A stretch of 64,000 bases of DNA, from NCBI GenBank assembly GCA_025603075.1, contig MU626366.1, forward strand, positions 1 through 64,000, given 5' to 3'. The position numbers and the translations under genes are program-made. The DNA comes from Neoconidiobolus thromboides FSU 785. Its lineage: Eukaryota; Fungi; Entomophthoromycota. The notes under the pieces were generated by a model that saw only the letters and a program-made list of their open reading frames with translations, searched no databases and was not told the DNA's origin. Each line of letters begins with the position of its first letter. Position 1 is the stretch's first letter. This document shows, piece by piece, positions 31,221 through 42,888 of the stretch.

Positions 31221-32071
31221 ATGAAAATTATAAAAAATATAGTCATTAATAAAACTTTTACGAGGGGTATCAGACATAGTCCCATTTTTAACAAACAGTG
31301 TATAAGTTGTTTAATGAAAATTGAAGACGAAATAGTTAATTGTATAAATGAAAAATGCTCTCAATTACAACCAATTCCAAGTGAAGTAAATTATTTTAAA
31401 CTACTTGAAAGGTATATTTATATTTATAATTATAAATTAATTTGTTAACTGTACAACCCATTTTAAAATTCAGTCCACAGAAATTTAACATAAACTTAAA
31501 TGATTTAAAGAAAAAATATTATAAAATTCAAAATGCTTATCACCCAGATAAGTTGATTTCAATGGATGATGTATTACTTTAATTATTGTAGTTTTTGTAT
31601 TAATCGTTATGTTTTAGAAACTAAAAGCAATATTTGAAAATTCGAGTATGGTGATTAATCAAGCTTATGATAATTTAAAAGAGCCTTTGAAAAGAGCTGA
31701 ATATATGGTAACAAAGTGCTAAAATTAAAATAATAACTAAAATTAAAATGATTTAAAGCTGAGGTTGCAAGGAAAAGAATTAAAAGAAGAAGAAAGTATC
31801 GAAAATCAACAGATATTATTTAACATTATGGAATTAAATGAAAGGTTGGAAGATAGTCAAGATAAAAATGAAACTGAGACTATCGTTTTAGAAGTAAAAG
31901 GTAAATATATTTGTATTAACTATTATTAGTTAATATTTTTTAGAGCATTTAAAAGATCTTGAAACAAAGTTAAATATAGCATTTGATAACAATGATATAA
32001 AAGCGGCTTATGACCTAGTATTGGAATATCGATATTATTTTAAATGCCTCAAACGAGCAAAGCATCTTTAA
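31221..32071 (+). CDS. JAC1: Mitochondrial Fe-S co-chaperone HscB/Jac1 with N-terminal tetracysteine motif
   Basis: CISC...CINEKC then QP...NYFKLLE; LKKKYYKIQNAYHPDK; SMVINQAYDNLKEPLKRAEYML; LLNIMELNERLE. Confidence 0.92.
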
Positions 32072-32136
32072 GATTTAAAATAAAATAATAAAGAAAAAAG
32101 AATCAAAATTTGGGGCGTTTAGTTTTTACTATTTAT

Positions 32137-33655
32137 TTATGATTTAATTTTTTCTATTTCATTATAAGAAGATAGTAATTTGTCTAAATCAGTACATTTT
32201 CCTTGCCATTTCATATCTCCTGTCATTGCTCCTTTTTTAGGCACATTTTCAATTAATTTCAATACATGTGAAATCATATCAGTATTTCCAAGGATCATTA
32301 AAGGACCAGATTTAGAGCCGCCGGATACTAAAACTAATTTATTATTATCATGTAAGTCCTGTAATTTAGCCTGGAATTCCGATTTGATGATTTTAATAAA
32401 GTCCATTTCAGTATAAGGATGGTGACAGCAAACTATATCACTATGACTTAATCTATTAATTATGTCATTCTTGTAATTTAAAGTCAACTCTAAATTCATG
32501 TTTTTTAGCTGTTTATTCATATCTTTGTTTGCTTGAATTGTTTGTTCTGCTTTGGCAGCTAATAGCTCTGGTTTAGCATTTAAAGTTGATACTAATTTTT
32601 GTTCCCTTTTTGATATATCTGCATAATGATCTAAAACTCTTTGGCCTACTATAAAGTTCAATCGAACATTATCACTGCCCTGTCTATCTACGTTTAATAA
32701 TTTTATAACCTAAAAGTTAAATTATTAAACCATTGCAAAAATAGGTATATACTTACTTGTAATTCGCTTGTGTTCTTTACATGAGTTCCACAACAACTAA
32801 TAAGTTTAAGTATTGTTTAATTTAGATCAAAATAAAGATTACGGATTAACATCTATATCGTCAATAATGATCTCTCTAATTATCCCTTGACCATAATCAT
32901 CAGGTAAAGAGGTTGGCCTTTTTACATTAGGATCTCCTAAATCATAAGACTTGACAGTAACTGGGATAGCTTCTCTAATCTTTTCGCTACACAATTTTTC
33001 TACATGTTCGATTATCTCTTTGGTTAACTCGCTTTCTTTTATAGGTAGCTGAATGTAGTTTTTTAAAGATCCCATATACCTATAGACGTATTTTTATAAA
33101 CAATATTTATAAGAAATAATGTTATTACCATGAGGTTGTATCTAAATTGTAATGTTTTTCGAAAATAGCTGACAATAGATGCTGACCTTAACATAAAATA
33201 ATAAGTTAAAAATTTATAGGTAAAAAATAGCTTACCAGAGTGTTGTTGCATATGGTCGAATCTTCTATTAAAATCCAAAATTATTTTTACTTCTTCTCCA
33301 ATTTCCAATGGGTTTTCTAATACATGTACACATTTTAATCCTTTTCTTAACACCTTGATTACTTTTTTATCATTGATTGTACCTAAATCCCAAGGCTATA
33401 TAATTGTAACTAAAAGTTTTAAATACATAAAGCTAATTTACTTGTCCTCCACCTTCTGGAAATAAAACTAGAACAGTAAATAAAAATCAATGATTCTATA
33501 ATATTATTTAACTTACTTGTATCAAATAGTTCCACTTCATAATGCTTTCCAACTTTTTCACAATTAGCTACTTTGCTGCAATATTCCTTTACATAAGGCT
33601 CAAGCTGACATTTTAATTCTCCTACTCTTTTTACACTTTCTTCCAATCCCATCAT
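32137..33655 (-). CDS. AARSD1: Free-standing alanyl-tRNA editing protein AlaX (AARSD1-like)
   Basis: ELFDT|..FPEGGGQ; RRFDHMQQHSG(Q)HL (HxxxH); IDVNP|CCGTHVKNT (CxxxH) zinc site; C-Ala-like tail. Confidence 0.92.
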
Positions 33656-33874
33656 TTGTTTATATTAAAATTTACAAAAATTGAATCTTTATTATTTTTA
33701 TGCTATTCTTTTAATGAGCTTAATTTTTCTGTCATTGACTAGAACCTACTATTAGTATGACTAATACACTCTTTAAATGTATAGATACTCTTTTTGTAAA
33801 TATAATAGAATCATTTAACTAATAGAAGCGATATTAAGATAAATACTAATCTTAGACAGTAAATAGATCTATTT

Positions 33875-33973
33875 GGGAGTGCTTTTTTTTACTCCATTAT
33901 TTTTTCATTTTTTTAGCGCTATTTAAGCGGAAAATTTGTTAGTAAAATTCCTAGACACAAAAAATACATCCCC
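33875..33973 (+). mobile_element. MITE copy with non-palindromic ATTT target-site duplication
   Basis: ATTT|GGGAGTGCTTTTTTTT...TAGCGCTATTTAAGCGGAAAATTTGTTAG...AAAAATACATCCCC|ATTT. Confidence 0.93.
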
Positions 33974-34387
33974 ATTTAATATAGATGATATCAAGAAATT
34001 TAAGCTAAATGTAATGTTACATAGAAAGGTAATATAGTTAAGTTACTAATAGGTTGAATTTGATATTTAAACTTTTTCCAAAAAACCGAAATAAATACTG
34101 TTTTGCACTGGAGTTGGTATATTAGATATACATACTTTAATTTTAAATATTTGATGTGCATTTAATATTTATGTAAAGATCAACCAGAATAAAATGTATT
34201 TCATTTTAAAAAATTAATAATTCATTTATAAAACTTTAAACTATAATCTTTAATAAACATTAATATTTAAGTATTACAATTGCTTACTTGTTTATAAATA
34301 TAGAATTTTTATTTCAAACATATATACAAGCAAATACATAATAACCTGATTAACATTATTAAATTCAACAATAGTCAGATTACATAT

Positions 34388-34481
34388 GGGGATGCATTTT
34401 TATGTTTAAGAATTTTACTAACAAATTTTCCGCTTAAATAGCGCTAAAAAAATGGAAAAAATAATGAAAAAAAACACTCCC
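34388..34481 (-). mobile_element. MITE copy, inverted partner of 33875-33973
   Basis: ATAT|GGGGATGCATTTTT...CCGCTTAAATAGCGCTA...AAAACACTCCC|ATAT. Confidence 0.93.
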
Positions 34482-35665
34482 ATATATAACGAAATTTTAT
34501 GAAAATAAACATCAATTTAAAAGTAATTAAAGCAAGCATTTGTTGATAGTTTCGTAATGGTATATAGTAGTAGTTTAATGGCAACTAAGAAATAACAAGC
34601 TATCTCCTAACCCTGATGTTTTGATAAATGTTTTCTATATTCTAAAAATATAACATGCATATTAGCATTAATTAATTTTATTACTTAAAGAGAATTATAT
34701 TATAGAAGATATTATTCAAATGAATTTTTTTTATTAGCTTTGGTTCTTAGCTTTTATCACAACATAGCTTATTTATAAAACTTTAATAAATAAGATAGTT
34801 TAGATCCAAGATTCAATTTTCTTCTAACACTAATCTGCAAGTTTTTGCAAATTAAGCATAAAAATATAAAGCTGTATATTTATTTAACAAATCAAATAAT
34901 GTTTTTTTGTACCGATATTTTGTTAGCATATTTTTAAATTTTACGTTGAATAAAAAGTAAACAAATCAATAAAGTAAAGGAATACTCCAATATAGACTTT
35001 CTAAAGTTAACTTACCTTAGTCAAATTAGAGAACTTAATTTTTAACTTTAGTCAGTTTTTGAACTTAGATTTAATGAATACTTTGTTTAAAGGCATGTTG
35101 ATACAATTTTAAAATTAATACTATTTATGATACTTTAAAATAACATTTTAAATGTAATATGCTTAGAATATCGAGCAGATGCTTATTGTATAGAGATAAG
35201 TTGATTGATTTCGCTTTTACTACACTTGGCTGCTCTTCAATTCATATTTCAAATTATACTATTTTCATAACAAGTAATAGGTTCAGTTGATTAAATTTCA
35301 TGAGGCCTTTACCTGGGTAGAATTGTGGTGTTAAATTCACGAATTTAATTTTTCTTTTTAAACCTTGAAAGATATCAGGAACTCAAACGTTTTTATTAAA
35401 GTGAATCTAGTAAGTTTAATAATAAAAAAAGAGTGGGTTTTTACTAAAGTAATAGTTATCTTCTGGATTTTAAATTCATGGATTATATTTTATAAAAAAA
35501 TAAACTTACTATAGAGGCTAATATCGTTACTTTATGTAGTAATCTTATTTAAAAATGAGTTTATTTATTTATATAGTAAATTTACATTGGTGTTAAAGAA
35601 TATATTATTATTATTACGATGTATATATAATAAACAGTAAATCTTTCAAATTTCAAAGCTCAACC

Positions 35666-36634
35666 ATGGTTGAAATCAAAAAGGCGTTATCTTTCATAAG
35701 TTTATTTACTATAGTTACAAGTTTATTTTGTCCAACTAAGGACTACTGCCAAGTTCATATATTCGGTGATAGTTTAAGTGACTACAGTAACTTATATGCG
35801 TATACCAACAACACATTACCTGATAATAGATATTACTTTAATGGGAGATATAGTAATGGACGTACTTGGGTAGAATACTTGACAGAAAGTATGAAAGTAA
35901 AGAAAGTACAAAATTTTGCTTACGCCGGTGCCACTTCAGACAACGTTGAATTTGAACCTAAGTTAGTCAAAGGTGGAGTTCCAGGAGCTATTCAACAAGT
36001 AGAAAATTATAATAAATATTATGACCAAAAAGAAAAATATAATATATTCCGTTGCAGAAAATCACTAATAGTGTTTGCATTTGGTGGTAACGACTTTGAC
36101 TTACCAAATTCCTCTCCACAAAAAATGATGGATAATTTAGATAAAGCTTTAACTACATTGATTGAAAAGAATGGCTTAACCGATTTCTTACTTATGGTAG
36201 GCTCACCATTAGATTATGCCCCAAAAATCAAGTTATTACCAAAACCATATCAAGAACAAATCACCAAGGTTGCCGTAGGACTCGAATATATTTGGAATCA
36301 ATTAATTACTAAATATAAATCAAAATATAACAATTTAAATATATATACTTTTAATTCAAGGAGTAAGCCATTTATTATATTTTAAGTATGTTTATTAATA
36401 TTATCAGGTTATGTTGCCGATCTTATTAACGGTGCATATATATTGAATAATGTGACTAAGTGGGAAACTGAGATTGGTTGCTTACAGAGAAAATTTGTTA
36501 ATGGTACTATTTCCAGTGATACTATACGCTGCAGTGATCCAAATAACTTCATTTTTTGGGATGAATTACATCCAACTACTCAGGTTCATAAATACGTCGC
36601 TGATCAAATCTTTACTAAAGTTTTAATTAATTAA
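35666..36634 (+). CDS. Secreted GDSL/SGNH lipase-esterase, paralog 1, 2 exons
   Basis: Signal peptide; IFGDSLSD; GRYSNGRTWVEYL; NFAYAGAT; FGGNDF; FWDELHPTT. Confidence 0.93.
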
Positions 36635-36826
36635 GGATATTAAATGAATTAACTATAAATTTAGTTTTTATAATTTTAATACAAATAGTCTATCTATGAA
36701 ATCAATCTAATAAAAAAATGTTAAATATTATTTATTATCTGACATGTGTTAACTTTATGGCTTTTAAATATAATAAATTAAATTTATTAAAAATCAAGAT
36801 TCTAATAAGTTCGTAAAATATTATGT

Positions 36827-36926
36827 GGGGATATATTTTTTTGTTTAGGAATTTACTAACAACCTTTCTGCTCAAATAGCGTTTAAAAGATGTAAAAAGT
36901 AATGAAATAAATAAAAAAACACCACC
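36827..36926 (-). mobile_element. MITE copy
   Basis: ATGT|GGGGATATATTTTT...CTCAAATAGCGTTT...AAAAAAACACCACC|ATAT. Confidence 0.87.
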
Positions 36927-37563
36927 ATATATACAATAATTGGACCAATATAAATAAATGTATCAAAATTATTTAGCATACAAATAGAAGAAAATAACTT
37001 TAATATAAAGGTAAAAACATTATACCTACATAACCAGATAGATTTAATTCATAGTAAACCATTTTTATAGTATAGATGGTCATAAGTTTAATAATATAAG
37101 TTAGATATTTCTTAAATAGCTAGTATAGTTCTATTGAGACTAGAATGCTAGTTGTTATGGGTTTGAATTAATTTAAATATGGACAACGATTGAATAAAAT
37201 ATAACTTATACCAGCGGTAGACTTCATAGCCTCATTGATTCTTCCAATTTGTTCTATTAGGTCACTTGATGTCTATCGATTTTAATGCTCAAACCTATAT
37301 CAGATATCAAATCTTGATTTATGAAGACTTTGTAACATTATGGGATGTTTAAATCTATTATTTTGGTTTTTGTATTATCAATCAGTGCCCTTTGAATAAA
37401 ATTATGTTAGTATCTGAGTATGATATTTGATGCTTTTGTATGAATTTAAGTGATAAAGTTTTTAAACTGAGTGAGGAATTAAATGATTCTAAGATTTATC
37501 TAATTTTATTAGATATTATAGAGATTGTTTAATCCAATATATTTAAAATAATAACTAATATAT

Positions 37564-37661
37564 GGGGATGTATTTTTGTGTTTAAGAATTTTTCTGATAA
37601 TTTTTCCACTTAAATAGCGCTTAAAAGATGGAAAAAGTAATGAAGCCAAAAAAACACCCCC
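37564..37661 (-). mobile_element. MITE copy
   Basis: ATAT|GGGGATGTATTTTTG...CCACTTAAATAGCGCTT...AAAAAACACCCCC|ATAT. Confidence 0.92.
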
Positions 37662-37830
37662 ATATACTAAATTACTAAACTGAAAATAAAGACTAATATC
37701 CTAAAACTACATTATGCTATAGATAAAATATAGATAAAATATAGATGCTATTATTAGAAAACCAATGCTTTGTAAAAAATAACAGATACCATAACTTTTA
37801 TTAAAACCAAAATAAAGTAGTTGTTTATTT

Positions 37831-37926
37831 GAGGATGTATTTTTTTGCCTAAGGATTTCACTAACAATTTTTCCGCTCAAATAGCGCTTAAAAAGGTAAA
37901 AGTAATGAAACCAAAAAAACATCCCC
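37831..37926 (-). mobile_element. MITE copy with non-palindromic ATTT target-site duplication
   Basis: ATTT|GAGGATGTATTTTTT...CCGCTCAAATAGCGCTT...AAAAAACATCCCC|ATTT. Confidence 0.92.
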
Positions 37927-38035
37927 ATTTGTTCAAACACTAAAGTGAGAAACAAACTTGTATAAGCCATAAAGTCCTAAAGTGGATGTTCTAATTTCAG
38001 AGTTAAGTTTCTAAGATATAACTTACATTATAAAA

Positions 38036-38105
38036 TAAATATGGAATGTGATGTCTACTATTATTATTTATAAATATGGAATGTGATGTCTACTATTATT
38101 ATTTA
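38036..38105. repeat. Perfect 35-bp tandem duplication
   Basis: TAAATATGGAATGTGATGTCTACTATTATTATTTA x2. Confidence 0.95.
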
Positions 38106-38648
38106 TGAATCTGTTATTCATAAGTCGAAATACAATGCTGTTTTATCACTTAAGTGAAAGCTTACGATTAGGCTATCAAATGTTTTTGATGTTATCAGAA
38201 TAAGAGCTCACCATAATTTCTCAACTAAATGTACTTTTTAGTTAATTTAATAATAGTAAGAATGATAATGTCCTATTTGGATGGAATGTTCTTTTATTCT
38301 TTAATTTAAATTTCAAAAGAACATAAAATAGTATATTTGCTATAAATACATAAGCTATTAAACAACAATATTATTACACTCATATAATATTCCATTACAA
38401 TAGTTTAATTTCATCCTTTTGACATGTTTTGTAAGATGCTTGAAAGTTGATATATAAGATATAAACAAATATTCTACTTTAAATAAATCTAGTTATTAAA
38501 CAGGATACTATATCGTAAATTGATTTGAGATAGAACATATATAGTGGAACTTATATTGTGTAATAGAATAGGTATAAATAGGTATAAATAGCTAAAAAAT
38601 ATTAAGTTTGTATTTAACTTTTCTATAATAATTTAATAATATCGGAAA

Positions 38649-39596
38649 ATGAAATATTTAAGTCTCTTAAGTGTTTTAGTAGCAAGTGGGCTATCCTTAA
38701 AGACTCCAGTTAAATATGACCAGCTGTATATCTTTGGTGATAGTTTAAGTGATTATGATAATTTGTATAAATTAAGTAATCACACCGCTCCGGATGGCAA
38801 ATACTATTACCAAGGGAGATACAGTAATGGACCAACCTGGATAGAAAGGTTAAGCAAAAAATTATCTATCCCAAATGTCAAATCATTCGCTTATTCTGCA
38901 GCTACTTCAGATAACGTCGAATTCCCAGCTACCTTGGTGCCTGGTGGGGTTCCTGGTGCTATCCAACAAGCAGATCAGTTTGTAAAATATTATGATGAAC
39001 TTAGAAATAAAAGAAAGAAACCAAGGTATCCATTAGTGGCGTTTGCTTTTGGGGGCAATGATTTTCCATCTCCTGGTTCCAGTCCACAAAAAATGGTGGG
39101 GAATTTAGAAAAAAGTTTAACTAAAATAATTGATGAGTGTGAGTTAAAAAGTCTTTTAATCATGACCTCAACTCCTTTAGATCTATCTCCTGCTACTAAA
39201 TCTCTTCCCAAGGAATATCAAGCCCAGCTTGAACAAATCACTAGACAAATAGGATCTCTTTGGAAAGAAACTATCAATAGATTGAGATTATATTATCCAC
39301 ATATTCGTATTCATACTTTTGACTCAAGAGGTAATAAGATTTAATGTTAAAATTACTATATTAATAAATTCTTAGATATCTTGTTACAAGCAATCAAGAA
39401 AAAGACATCTGAAGGAGCAAACACCAATGAGATAAATAGTCCATGCTTAACCAAAGCAGAAAACCCTGAGAAAAGTTTTATAGCTTACAACGTGTGTAGT
39501 AACCCAGAGAAACATATTTTCTACGATTCAATTCATCCAACTTCTTACACTCATGAATACTTTGCTAATGACATTTATAATATGATGAAAAAATAA
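38649..39596 (+). CDS. Secreted GDSL/SGNH lipase-esterase, paralog 2, 2 exons
   Basis: Signal peptide; IFGDSLSD; GRYSNGPTWIERL; SFAYSAAT; FGGNDF; FYDSIHPTS. Intron at the same position as in paralog 1. Confidence 0.93.
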
Positions 39597-39640
39597 AGAT
39601 GTATGTTGTAATTAGTGCTACTTTGTATATTTTATAATAT

Positions 39641-39737
39641 GGGGATGTATTTTTGTATTTAAGAATTTTACTAACAATTTTTCCACTCAAACAGCGCTTA
39701 AAAGATAGAAAAAATAATGAAGTCAAAAAACACTACC
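39641..39737 (-). mobile_element. MITE copy
   Basis: ATAT|GGGGATGTATTTTTG...CCACTCAAACAGCGCTT...AAAAAACACTACC|ATAT. Confidence 0.92.
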
Positions 39738-40405
39738 ATATGTTATTATTGAAGATTCTCTAATGAAAATATTTGTTTTAAATGTTCGATTTCACATTAA
39801 ATCTGACCAAAGTTTATTAAAGACGATTTTACTTCATGAAAAGCTTCTATTTATACATCCCCTTAAAACATGAGAATAATAGAATTTTACTCTATTTATT
39901 TTAAACTCCTTAAATCTGCTGAAACTTTAAACAGCTAAAAACATAAAGGTTGTAAATTAAATACAAATAATAGACTTAAACAGAAAGTGATACTTTTCAC
40001 ATTTTTTGCTTGTCCAATCGACATCATATTGAAATACATGAAGGTCAATAAAATATGTAAACTATGTTTAGTGTTTTGACCCTTTTACTATATATCACTC
40101 ATAGTTTAATATTTGCATTTATGAAATAATAAAACTTTAAAATAGGTAGATCATGGACTTTATCTATAAAGGTAATAAATTACTAAATATATTAAGCTAA
40201 TAAAGTAATGAATAAATATTTTAGTAGATTCAAATACTAATTAAGAGCTATTTTTGTAGCAACGCTGTAAGCCTTTGTATTGTTACCAACAGGAATAAAA
40301 AGCGTCAATATTAAGATACCTATAACCTAATAATTATCAAAGGCTGCTATTCTTATAAAACACGATATCATAAATAAAAGCAATGAAACCAAAATACAAA
40401 TATAT

Positions 40406-40504
40406 GGGAGTGTTTTTTTTGACTTCATTATTTTTTCCATTTTCTGAGCGCTATTTAAGCAGAAAATTTGTTAGTAAAATTCTTAAACACAAAAATACAT
40501 CTCC
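40406..40504 (+). mobile_element. MITE copy
   Basis: ATAT|GGGAGTGTTTTTTTT...GAGCGCTATTTAAGCAGAAAATTTGTTAG...AAAAATACATCTCC|ATTA. Confidence 0.92.
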
Positions 40505-41180
40505 ATTATAGTACGTTTTTGTGCACAAATGATTTTTATAAAAAGTTTAAAGCAAAATGAATAAATGGAATACAGTTAAATTTACAACTGGACTGATTTT
40601 ACTAAAAATAAATACACTAATCTAAAAAAATCCTAAAACTCAACACAATATAAAAACAAATATAAACACAAAGTAATAAATTGTGGTTTTTGGGTAGATA
40701 GATTTGACTGATATTGGGGTATTAGTTATTGCACTTATATGGTTCCTTTTTAATATATTATAGGCAATTTAAGTTTGGGATCAAATTTTTTAATTTATAT
40801 AATATGTCCTATATCATAAAGTACAATATAGATAGAATTATGAAGCAATATATATTTTTAAATAGGGGATATTTAATAATTTTAATAATTTTATTTATTA
40901 TGATTGAACTTTTTAATATATTATATCTTAGATTTATAGAATAATCCAATTAAATTCATGTATTTTCTGATTATGGAAATTGTAGCTTTCTATAATTAAT
41001 TAATTAATGTTCTATAAAAGCCCTATATTATCAAATATATCTTTAATTGAGAACTCCCAGATATTAATTCAGCATTTTAAACTATAACATCAAATCTATT
41101 TTCTATTCAATTAAGATTCGATTTGAATTTTCTATATTTTTATATTATTTAGTGTTAATCTATACCTGGATTGTATTAGA

Positions 41181-42665
41181 ATGATGCATTTAATAAATTT
41201 AAAGTTACATTGCCTGGTATTAGTAATACTATTACTGATTGTTAGTTTAAATGCTCAGGAAATCGTAGCTCCAAAAAGCGATATTGACTCGGGTAGTGTA
41301 CTATCGAATGGCGGATGCTTTATAGATGATGATACACTTTATTATTTTGGAGGATCTTTTGAAAAGTTAGAGAGTAATACATATAATACAAATATGTATA
41401 CATTGGGGTTGGAGGCAGGTGTTACTGTAGCAGCTGCTCCTTTCAAAGCTGGAAATGATCATATGTTAAAGTCACAGGGGTTTGGATTTGGATATAATGC
41501 CAATAAATCAATGCTAACAGTAATAGGTGGTACTATTCCAGAAGATGGTAGGATAGTTAATAAGTATGATATTGAAAAAGGAACGTGGATAGATCCCAAC
41601 AAATCAAATGAGCAGATCAAACAACACCTTGGAGACGTTGTAATTGATTCAGGTACTCTCACTATGAATTCAATCAACACAAACTACTATTACCAATATG
41701 GGGGTATAACTAAGAAAGATAAAAATTTAGCAATTGAAAAGCCTACTTTACTTATTTATGATGAAAGCAAAGATGAAATTGAATTTGTTGATAACTTGGG
41801 AATATCAAAGTACCATTATTTACATGATCATTCTGCTACATTCTATCAAAATCACGTTTATTTCATTGGTGGTGTACAAAGTGACCATAAACACTTTCAG
41901 CCAATTAATGAAATCTTAGTGTACGATGTTAAAAGCAAGAACATGACTATAAAATACGGTAGTGGTAGTGTACCACCAAACCGCAGGGGACATTCTGCTA
42001 CACTTGCTTTAGGCCATATTTATATCGTGGGTGGGAGTACTAGCTTAGATAAAGGGAAATTTGAAACAGACCATAATATATATCGTTTAAACTTAAAAAC
42101 ATTTATTTGGCAAAATTTTACAATACCAAATTTTATTCCAACTTATCAAGGATGTCTAGAGACTTACCAAAGCAATATACTCGTTTATAGTTTCGGTTTT
42201 AACCAATCAAGAAAAGGCAGTATTTTTCAAATGATAAGTGTAGGGAATGAAAATGTCGCAGTACCAATATTTAAAAATACTGTTGTTGAGGCTAGAAATA
42301 CTCGACTTACTTATGAATTATCTTATAAAGCAACTTATTTAGGTACAGGTATAGCAGCAGTTGTTGGCCTTGTGCTATTCTTAATCATGTTTTTTATATT
42401 CTTTAGAATTTTACAGAAAACTTCACCAGTTTTAAAACAAAGTGCTAATAAAAAGAAATTGAATGAGATAATTGAGCCCAAACCTGCCTTATTTAAGTTC
42501 CCTTCACGGTCTAAAGAAAGTGAAATCCTGTTAGAGACAAGATTGGTTGAAGATGACGATAACCAGATGCCTTCAGATCGTTTTAGTGATTCTTTCATTC
42601 AATTCTCGGAAGAGTCAAACTCAAACAACGTGATCAACGTGAGTGATGCTTCACGATATAGCTAA
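41181..42665 (+). CDS. Type I membrane protein with Kelch/galactose-oxidase-like beta-propeller ectodomain, intronless
   Basis: Signal peptide; repeated YYFGG, TVIGG, YQYGG, YFIGG, YIVGG Kelch motifs; PPNRRGHSATL; TM helix LGTGIAAVVGLVLFLIMFFIFF; cytosolic tail. Confidence 0.8.
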   Translation: MMHLINLKLHCLVLVILLLIVSLNAQEIVAPKSDIDSGSVLSNGGCFIDDDTLYYFGGSFEKLESNTYNTNMYTLGLEAGVTVAAAPFKAGNDHMLKSQGFGFGYNANKSMLTVIGGTIPEDGRIVNKYDIEKGTWIDPNKSNEQIKQHLGDVVIDSGTLTMNSINTNYYYQYGGITKKDKNLAIEKPTLLIYDESKDEIEFVDNLGISKYHYLHDHSATFYQNHVYFIGGVQSDHKHFQPINEILVYDVKSKNMTIKYGSGSVPPNRRGHSATLALGHIYIVGGSTSLDKGKFETDHNIYRLNLKTFIWQNFTIPNFIPTYQGCLETYQSNILVYSFGFNQSRKGSIFQMISVGNENVAVPIFKNTVVEARNTRLTYELSYKATYLGTGIAAVVGLVLFLIMFFIFFRILQKTSPVLKQSANKKKLNEIIEPKPALFKFPSRSKESEILLETRLVEDDDNQMPSDRFSDSFIQFSEESNSNNVINVSDASRYS

Positions 42666-42888
42666 TTTTACTTTTACTTTATATGTTCCTAATTAAAACT
42701 GTCTTTTATTCTTAATTTATTCAATTTTATGCAAAAAACAGTTGATTATAAATATGTTATTTTATTTATTAGTATTCATAAAATTTCAATTATAATATTG
42801 TTTTATTTAGAAATATATATAGCTATATTTACTAGTTTATGATCAATGTAAATATATGGAAAAATTTAACCTCAAATTTAAACAGCTA

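Noticed and set aside
37150-37500. Slightly GC-richer tract between the lipases, with a signal-peptide-like MFKSIILVFVLSISAL* on + and a stop-broken frame on -
   Set aside because: No GDSL or transposase motifs recoverable; cannot be assigned.
40230-40400. Minus-strand hydrophobic frame (LYFGFIAFIYDIVFIRIAAFDNY*VIGILILTLFIPVG...) abutting a MITE
   Set aside because: Under 60 codons, contains a stop and has no family motif; may be chance in T-rich DNA.
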